Part shown: in pieces, positions 24,781 to 33,093 of the stretch | Numbering within the stretch: the stretch's first letter is position 1 | Layout: each line of letters begins with the position of its first letter | NCBI RefSeq assembly: GCF_001194135.2 | Contig: NC_068984.1 | Location: 63,229,869-63,273,276, forward strand | Direction: 5' to 3' | Length of the DNA: 43,408 bases | Source: Octopus bimaculoides | Taxonomy: Eukaryota | Notes under the pieces: generated by a model | Database searches by the model: none | What the model was told of the DNA's origin: nothing | What the model saw: only the letters and a program-made list of their open reading frames with translations | Program-made: the position numbers and the translations under genes

Positions 24781-24985
24781 ACATTTAGCCATGCGTTAAC
24801 TCTGAATTAGACTGAGATTGAAAGACAACTCAGCCATGGTGAATCAGTGTTTTTGTCAAATATAGTATATGTGACAACATTAACCAATGTGTCAATTTCT
24901 TTTTAAGGTAATATGTGGGTGATATGAGGGAGTTTTGGTCACTATTTCTATAAATTTCAGGCTTCCACGTAGAGATACCTTCGTT
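24781..24985 (+). mobile_element. Interspersed repeat family C
   Basis: GGGTGATATGAGGGAGTTTTGGTCACTATTTCTA...CCACGTAGAG motif shared with other copies in the window. Confidence 0.55.
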
Positions 24986-25412
24986 AACTCATTTATTTTG
25001 TTTGACAAAATTGGTCAGTTTAGCTAGGCAGTATATAGAGGTCGATAAAGTTAGTGCGTGCGAGGTCCATAGTTCTTCTCATAAAAAGGATTGTCATTGT
25101 AGCGGCAGTATTCAGCAACCATCCGATGTTGCAATTTCCTGGAATATTACCCTCGTGAGCAACTAAATCTGACCATCACGACTTCTCGTGGAATTGCCTC
25201 TAGTGACAATTTCAACTTTTGGCGCGCCTTCACTAACTGAATGATAGAAAACCATGGGAGCGTATCTGAAAATAAAACTACAGTAAGAATAATAAAGAAA
25301 AAAAATAACAAATAAACTTTTTTTTTCACAGCTGTCTATGCATAGAAAATGTTTACTGCATGAAAAAAGTTTGCCCCTGCAAACCGTTTTCTCTTTTATG
25401 TAACATCCATAG

Positions 25413-25510
25413 CAAATGGAGGAAAATGGAGTTCTAGTGACCATGGTCCTTGTATTAAGGCCAAACTTTTAGAGGATGCTATATTTGAGCAAAATTACTT
25501 TCAAAGGACA
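25413..25510 (+). CDS. Candidate internal exon of an unidentified gene
   Basis: Acceptor TTTTCTCTTTTATGTAACATCCATAG|C, donor ACA|GTGAGA, phase 1-0, open frame NGGKWSSSDHGPCIKAKLLEDAIFEQNYFQRT. Confidence 0.2.
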
Positions 25511-25906
25511 GTGAGAACAATTATCTATGCTATATACAAATATGGGTTGGATATAAGTACTTCTTACCAAAAACATTTTGACTGAATCATAGATGAAACC
25601 GAGTGTATCTTTTCCCTCAAGATTTTCACACTGTACTGAAAACTGAGACATCACTGTTGCTAATATGCATCAGACGGCATGTGTAATATTTGATAGACAC
25701 TCCAGTCTTGATAACTAACTAAGGACATCTCAGAAAAATACAGGTGTTGCAGAAATATGATGGATTATCCTTCTGGTCGTAAAAAAGGACCATGGGTGCT
25801 AATGGGTTAACATGTATCATTCATAGTAAGAATAGTGTTTGTTTTTGCTTGTGTACGAAAGGAATAATGTTTGTTTAATAAAAAAACAACTCAATAGATT
25901 TCGTCG

Positions 25907-26365
25907 TTACTTTAATCTGCATGTTTGTTACAATCACTTGCCGAGATACACCCAGCATCCTAGAGCGAGTGAAGGATAAGAGCTGCCACAGTATGACGGA
26001 AAGCTTGAGGAGGTGAAGTGGCAAAGGTAGTAGCGAAATATTTTCATGCAATACAACACAGATATTTAAATTGATACGGTTTTTTTAAGGATGTGGGCAG
26101 TATTTGTCAGCATAATCATTTGAATTTCTCTGAGACATGGTTCTCCTCAGTTGTTATCTAGATGTTATTTAGATGCTATCTAGATTTTTCTAACAGGCAT
26201 TTTTTATCATACCTAGGTCTTCCCCAATAACAGGAACAGTTCTTGTTTTAAGATGCCACATATTTTCTATTTCAATTTGCAGGTTCTTATATTTACTTAA
26301 GTTGTCAAGTTTTTTACAGGTATATTTTTATCAGCGGGAACACTTACATCTTTTAGTATACTGAT
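25907..26365 (-). mobile_element. Older R4/Dong-type family, 5'-truncated 3' fragment (RLE domain plus 3'UTR)
   Basis: The minus strand reads DVSVPADKNI...LSKYKNLQIEIENMWHLKTRTVPVI...GEPCLREIQMIMLTNTAHILKKTVSI*, with frameshifts. The 3'UTR is homologous to 728-987 and the 5' junction lies at (AAT)n. Confidence 0.85.
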
Positions 26366-26379
26366 ATTATTATTATTAT

Positions 26380-26920
26380 TGAGTGAGAGAGCAGTGCATG
26401 CCAGCAAAGGAGTAAAATATACGAAGCCCAGCATACCCATCGTGACTACTCGTCTGATATGGTTACAACAGGCACATGCATCACAACCATATGTGCGCGA
26501 CATCGTGATCTCATATCAAAATAAACAGTGCATGACCTTGCAGGTGGGGCTCAGTTAGAGCTTTCTTCTAGTCGAGTAGCCCATCCGCCTCAAAAGATGT
26601 CTGTATAAGGGTGTTTAAGGATGATGAACGAAACACCAATGTTTCCAAAGGTGAATTATCCAAACTCCAAAAAGTTCTTCTCAACATATGGGTATGATGC
26701 TCTCCCATTCCTTCTATTGGTGATCAGGAATGCACATGTCGTCAGCAAATAAGGGACATGCACAATTAGTTAAGGTCAAACAACTGACAAACAAATCTGT
26801 GGTATTAAGCAGAATATTTGCTGTAGCCCATCTTTTATACCAAGACAAAACAATGTACATGATAACACTTCCAATCAGTTAAGATCAGAAGCCATTAGAG
26901 CCACTGCCTGGTACTGCAAT
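26380..26920 (-). mobile_element. Unclassified ~540-bp interspersed repeat with (AAT)n 3' tail
   Basis: Higher-GC block bounded by (AAT)n and (GAA)n/(AAT)n. I recall the sequence (TGAGTGAGAGAGCAGTGCATGCC...GCCACTGCCTGGTACTGC) as a common octopus repeat. Only one copy is in the window. Confidence 0.5.
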
Positions 26921-26921
26921 A

Positions 26922-27034
26922 TTCTTCTTCTTCTTCTTCTTCTTCTTCTTCTTCTTCTTCTTCTTCTTCTTCTTCTTCTTCTTCTTCTTCTTCTTCTTCT
27001 TCTTCTTCTTCTTCTTCTTCTTCTTCTTCTTCTT

Positions 27035-27065
<31 letters not shown>

Positions 27066-27078
27066 TTATTATTATTAC
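26922..27078. repeat. Pure (TTC)n of about 47 units followed by (TTA)n
   Basis: Direct reading. Confidence 0.97.
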
Positions 27079-27868
27079 TAATCTCGTGTATTTTGTTTAC
27101 ATCTGACTTGTAATAATCTTTGTAATCTACTACTTCATAGCGAGCCATTATAGTTATTATACTGATTGGTTGCTATCCATATATATTTTTGAAAAGAAAA
27201 AGTTCTTACTCTAACACTTCAATTCGTTTCTCTTTATTTTTAATTTTCATTGACTTACTCTAAATGTATCTTTTTAACTATTCTTCATGTCAATTCTAAT
27301 TAACCACGCATTAATTCTTAGTCGCCTATTCAAACAAACATTGCCTTTAATATATATGACTGATGTGACAATAAGCTAAATTAAACTCATGCTGTTTATA
27401 TCTTTACGAATTTGTTTTCTAAAAAACATTGTAAATAAAATTTAAAAAAAATAAATGAAATAATTTTATTTTCTTTCTTAGCTCTTCTCTCTCATTCATT
27501 GCTTCTAAAATAATGAAAAAATCTTTACTAATTAAAAGCAAAAATAAACTGTGTTTTCCACGAAAATAACCAGTAAACACGTTTTTCTCATTGAGTTTTG
27601 GTCTGTCTCTCTATCTCGACCTCAATTACTTTTCTTCCGTAAAGAGTATATATTTACACAAGATAAATAATATTAGGAAAAATATTTTCGCTAAGATAAG
27701 AACAAATTAAATATCCATTATTCTTTTTTTTCTAATCAGATATCGCTTGCGAACTTATTCTCTTTATCAGTTCTGTTACAACTCCAGATTTAGTACGATT
27801 TAGTTAGATATTTTCTATGGATTTCAACACTTTGGTCCTACTTAATTTCAAAGAGAAAAAGGCATCTA

Positions 27869-27950
27869 TAGGTGCAGGCGTGGCTATGTGTTTAAGAAGC
27901 TCGCTTTGCAATCACGTAGCCTTGATGTCAGTCCAGCTACGCAGCTCACG
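27869..27950 (+). mobile_element. SINE family B head remnant
   Basis: TAGGTGCAGGCGTGGCTATGTGTTTAAGAAGCTCGCTTTGCAATCACGTAG...TCAGTCC resembles the head at 16940-16880. Confidence 0.55.
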
Positions 27951-27978
27951 AAATCTTTTTTCCGCCGAAGCGCGTGTG

Positions 27979-27981
<3 letters not shown>

Positions 27982-28028
<47 letters not shown>

Positions 28029-28052
28029 TACATACACACACACACACACACA
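27982..28052. repeat. (CA)n microsatellite
   Basis: Direct reading. Confidence 0.95.
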
Positions 28053-28430
28053 TATATATTTATATGTGTGTGTTTATATTAAATTTATCGGCAGTATTTA
28101 GGTAGTAATTTTACATTGCTTTATAAATGCACACTCTTTTAACATAATTGCTTTTCATCTTACAGCCCTACTTATACCTCACGTTTTCCATTATTGATGT
28201 TAGATATTCATTCATGTTGCATGTTTTTCTAGAAGTCCTCTCACATGCAAGCCATATGTATCCGTTCGCAAATAAATTAGAAGAATATATAATACAATGA
28301 TATCAAATTAATGTAAAACATACTCTCTTAAAAAGAGCGTGTTCGCACTACTATATATATATTTGAGTATGAATTAGATTCAGCGCGTGTGTTGTAAACA
28401 CTATCGAACACACATACACAATAGATATGC

Positions 28431-28824
28431 TTTGCTTGTTGGCTGGTTAGCTGCGATTTGGTGCTTGGGAGCTGACTATCTCAAAATGCCAGGTGTTAAA
28501 ACACCTGAAAGTCATAGTGATTGACAGGCGAAACAATTCATCCCGAGTCCCATTCAGGAGCGATGGACATCGGTGTTTCGCCGCTTTTGTGGCTTATCAA
28601 CATCACGTACCTGAACCGGACCAGAGTCAAATTGAATAGCCTATCCATAAGTATATGTAAAATGGTGCAAAACCATTTGCTGGTATGTCCGAACGATGCA
28701 TTCGTAAGAATAAATTCATATATGAATAAGAAGCAGCGCAAGTGTATGTGATTTGCTTGTTGGCCGGTCAGCTGTGACTAGATGGGTTGGATGTGACTCC
28801 CTCAAAGCGCCGAGCGTTAACAAA
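28431..28824 (-). mobile_element. Putative retrozyme-like / Penelope-related non-autonomous element: direct repeats flanking a hammerhead
   Basis: Ungapped direct repeats 28431-28503 and 28752-28824 (53/73 identical by my count, period 321 bp) enclose a hammerhead motif. Confidence 0.5.
28550..28619 (-). ncRNA. Type I hammerhead ribozyme (extended, U3:A8 core variant)
   Basis: Minus strand: CCGG-UUCAGG-UAC-GUGAUG-UUGAUAA-GCCA-CAAAAG-CGGC-GAAA-CA-CCGA-UGU-C^-CAUCGC-U-CCUGAA-UGG. Stems I, II and III form (one A-C mismatch in stem II). The core differs from CUGAnGA only by C3U plus G8A. The GUC cleavage triplet is at 28568-28566. Confidence 0.8.
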
Positions 28825-30119
28825 ATGACGAGTGCTTAACGTACGAATATTCGAAGCCAATATTATGTCACATAAAAGATGAGATCGTAATGGTAGTAAT
28901 ATATTTGATCATAATTCTGTCGAATAAGGCCCACATCGGGATAAGCAACACTTACAACAAATTAATAGCATCAGCAAGAAGTGAAACAGCGAAACAAACA
29001 TTATCAACAGCAGAATGAAAGCCACTGCTTCATTACTTAACCTTCAAATAAAAGGAAACAAATCATAGCGAATCCTTAAAACTGGAGAGGTACGTTTAAT
29101 AATTTAGTCTTACGAATATTTTTTTTAGGGGAAAATGACTGCAAAATGACTGCAAAATGACTGCAAATTTTGATTATAGTTGTGTCCAGTCACAGCTTAT
29201 CTGAAGCTAAAATACAACGGAATACCTCAGTTCCCAACTTCCCACATTTGGCAGTTGAGCAAGCAAACACTAATACAATTTTGTTGTTTAACCACTGTAA
29301 ACACCGATGGATCAGAACTGTAATGAGTGTCTTTTGAATTGTGACGTTCCCGTTTTTATAAGTATATTAGGCTTAATTCCCCTAATGGGTTTTCCTATTT
29401 TTTAAGATACTGGTTGTTTTTGAGGGAACTTTTCTGCCTTTCTTTTGAAAGAATTTGTGGACAAAGAGCACTGAAATTAATTTGAAGTAGGGGAGAAATT
29501 TGGAATTACGTTTTCTTGAGGCTAAATCATTATATCTAGAAATGATATTATATCTAGAAATGATATTATATCAGATTTGGAATATTTATGACAGCGGCGT
29601 GAAATATATAACCTCCCGAACGGTTAAGTGCTACCTTTGAGGAATACTCTTTCAGGAATATGTTATTGTTGATTTATTATAACTTAAAAATTAAGCTTTC
29701 AACCAATCACGAATTTTGGGAACAGCTACCTATATTTCTTTATGAATACCTGCAACAGGTATTTTAAATTAATTGCAAACCTTTTTGAAGAGATATGTGA
29801 AGAAATTAGAAGTAAAAAAGATAATTTAAGTGGTTGTGCTTATTCTGAGTCACCACTATTTTGTACGTTCTGTTAGAGTTTTAAGAATAATTATATTTTA
29901 TCATATATTAAAATTCAGCAGCATAATTTCTTTCCTTTTTTTTTTTTTGGCAGCGTTGTCAGATGGAAGTTAACTGCTGTGCTGTTCTCCAACGTGAAAT
30001 CATTTATCATCTCTGATGTAATCCATTCAGAAATACTGTATTTGAAGCTAGGAAAACAACCGATAACTGTATCTTCAATTGTATACGATATATAAACATT
30101 TCAAAATAGCTCTTATTTG

Positions 30120-30320
30120 TTGTGTAGCTTCAGATCAACTCTAATCGAGGTGACCTGTTGTGGAAGGCATTCCAACCTTGACTATACAATTTTTTGATGT
30201 GGAACTACATCATCCATTGTCCTTTTTTTCTCTTTTATTTCAAAGACAGTAGGTGTATGATGAAGGAAATTCAACAACTATTTCTTGCTCATCGAGCAGT
30301 CATGTATATTATCTCTTACT
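30120..30320 (+). mobile_element. Interspersed repeat family C
   Basis: AGGCATTCCAACCTTGAC...GTAGGTGTATGATGAAGGAAATTCAACAACTATTTCTTGC motifs. Confidence 0.55.
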
Positions 30321-30367
30321 GAAGGATTTTCTGAATTAAATTCTCAAAGTGAGTCTCCTGTTATATA

Positions 30368-30672
30368 CCGTAAATCCTCGAGTATAATCCGCATTTTTTC
30401 CCAAAATTTAAAGGTCAAAATTTCTAGTGTGTACTATATACGAGGTTAAAAATGAAAAGGCAATTTACTTAATATTTATTTTTCACTGACATAATAAAGG
30501 ACGTTACCGTATATATCTTTACAAACCAAGGACGTTATATAGACCTCCTTGACTCAAGTTAGAGAAGGGGTGCGTATTATACACAAAGTTTAGTTTTTTT
30601 TTCAGAGGTACAACCCCCTAAGAATCCCCTGCGTATTGTACTCAAGGGCTGACTATACTCGAGGATTTACGG
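30368..30672. mobile_element. Tc1/mariner-superfamily (pogo/Tc2-like) MITE
   Basis: Perfect 19-bp TIRs CCGTAAATCCTCGAGTATA / TATACTCGAGGATTTACGG, TA target duplications at 30366-67 and 30673-74, and subterminal GCGTATT(A/G)TAC repeats. Confidence 0.92.
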
Positions 30673-32926
30673 TATCTAAACAGAGAAGCACATGGAAACG
30701 CAACATTTTATTCGTCAAACTCCTTGAATAGAAAAGCTTAATTGAGATTTATTTTAAATAAATTCCACAGCTATATACATCGAGAGCAAGTCATTGCATA
30801 AGGAAGCTATGCCGCATTACAACAATCTTCTTGTATGAATATTTACTGTAGACTGAAATTTGTTATTCTGAAAATAAATATAATTGAAATTTTGAAATTA
30901 AATTTGATTTATTATATCTGAATCAGGAAAATAAGAATAGCTCCACTTTAGTTTCAGTCCAAAAATGTACATTTCCAGTCTGTGTTTTCTAAAACCATCA
31001 ATATGTCATCAATTTTTGGATCTTAAATCATGTTTTAATAACATTCTTAGAGACTTTTTATTAACAAAGAAAATCCCTCATACGAAAGAGTATCAGTATT
31101 TAGGAAATAAAAAACATCAAAATATTTAATCTGGTAAATGTATATAAATTTAATAGCAATGTACAAGAGAGCATTAAAGATGATTGATTAATCTTTTATA
31201 GTATGTTGCCCGAAGCTTTGTTTTTTAATCTTGATTTTCAGTAACAACTAAACTATAACAAAGGAATATAATGAATACAATAATATAAATATCAAATGCT
31301 TAACTGATTATGTGTGAAGTTAGATTTTTCTTTCCCCCATAAACAGTCATAAAGAATTAACTAGAATTAGGCGTGTAAGCAAATAATAACGGTTTGATAA
31401 AAATGCTTTATTACTTTTGATATGTGGAAACAATGATGGATAAATACTTTAAGACTCCTATATATAAACATATGGTTAAGACAGTTAGTCAAATATAGAA
31501 TACCAGGCTTATCATTATTGCTTTTGTATATCAAGATATTTGAAGTATGTTTCAAATCTGTTTTTAGTAGTAGTAGTAACAGTGTAACAAAGCGAAGCTT
31601 ATATGTTATTTGGTTCACTTATGTGAAACTGTGCAATCATATCCAGGAATAACGTTTCTCATTTTCACTTAGTATAATAAAGACGAAAACGAACAGATTC
31701 TTTGGGGGAAAGGATTTGTCTCAAATACTCATTGATGATTGTTGATAAAGTAATTCATGTTTCATGGCAAAAGTATGTTCATGAACCACATTTATGTAAG
31801 CAGAATTGTTCACAGTCCCTGATAAAATATGAAGTATTGTATGATTATTGTATTGTATTGTATAGTATTGTAAGTCTTCTGCATGAATAGGACTCGTACG
31901 TATTTCTAGCAAAAACTGCAATTAGATTTGATTTAGAAAGTCAAGAAACTATTGGAGAAACTATTGAGATAATTTGTTTGCAGACTGATATTTTATACGA
32001 GAAATGTTATTCAAATATAGACAACATTCATGCTTTGAAATATCTAAGATAAATTTTCTCAAATATGGTATACATAATTCTTACAAACAAGGGTAATTCT
32101 ATTGAGTTATTAAACGCTTTTTGTAAACTTAAAACAAATTAATAGATTGTATACTGGATATTTTCACCTTTCTACATTTGATACTCAAACCTATTCTCCC
32201 AAGCATCTAAATTATGCTGGTCTTCAACAGATTATTCAATGCAAAACATGCTCTATTTACAAGACCGTGAGTTTCTTTGTGATAATTTTCTTTTGTGCCG
32301 AAGCTTTTCTAAAATGCCTTCTATTGAAAACCCCAATCCTTTAAGTCATTAGATAAATGCTAATGGATTTACTTTCCGCAAAATTTAATTGCCAAGCGAA
32401 AGACTAATGACACACCAGTCCAGTTCCAAGATTTCTGCGTTTTAATGATTAGGAAATTTGTCCTACGGTTTTCTTTAACTTCCTCTTCAATATTGCTTTA
32501 TTTAGCATCTCATTTGTGTAGTAGGCTTTATTATTGATACTACCGACCCTTTCTTATCAATAAAATTTCCAGTAATCGCCCATAAAGAAAATTCCTGCTG
32601 CTTCTCTTTAATATCATTGAGAGCAATTCCATCAACATTATTTTAGACACGTTTGTCTCCAGTGACATATTAAATAATTTTAATGCACACTCATGCACAA
32701 TGCGAAATCTTTCATGCTTGTTAACCATAAAACATTGGAAAAAATTTCAGCCCCGTGATTTTTTCCCTAATAAAGATTAAACTGCTGTTTAGTTTTTCTC
32801 ATAATCACACAAACATTGTTCTTTGCTGTTTCTTATTCTGCTTCAAGTTCATAACTAATATCTTATAGTCATAAGTAATACACTGCCTTTTAGTGACACT
32901 AATGTTTGACTTTATTTCTCCCTTAG

Positions 32927-33093
32927 GAAAACCTAGACACACATTCTACAGTATATATATAAGTACAGCAGACGCCTCTACGTGGTTGTTCGTCATGCTG
33001 CTTCAAAATATGCAAGACAGTGCATTAAAAGTATCTAATATGTCACTAGAGAGAAGTATTCTTAAAACTATGTTGATGGACTTGCTTTCAGAA
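32927..33093 (+). CDS. Candidate exon, unidentified; partly homologous to an inverted segment at 32590-32700
   Basis: Acceptor TTTGACTTTATTTCTCCCTTAG|G and donor GAA|GTAAGA; single open frame KPRHTFYSIYISTADASTWLFVMLLQNMQDSALKVSNMSLERSILKTMLMDLLSE. Confidence 0.25.

Noticed and set aside
26283-26319. Well-formed 37-nt plus-strand exon (TTTGCAG|G...CAG|GTATAT)
   Set aside because: It lies antisense within the Dong RLE coding fragment. This shows how easily false splice sites arise here.
28503-28545. Opposite-polarity hammerhead (CCTGAAAG...GGCGAAAC) on the plus strand
   Set aside because: The core lacks G8A9, stem II is not adjacent to GAAA, and no stem I/III closure exists. It is better explained as the complement of the minus-strand core.
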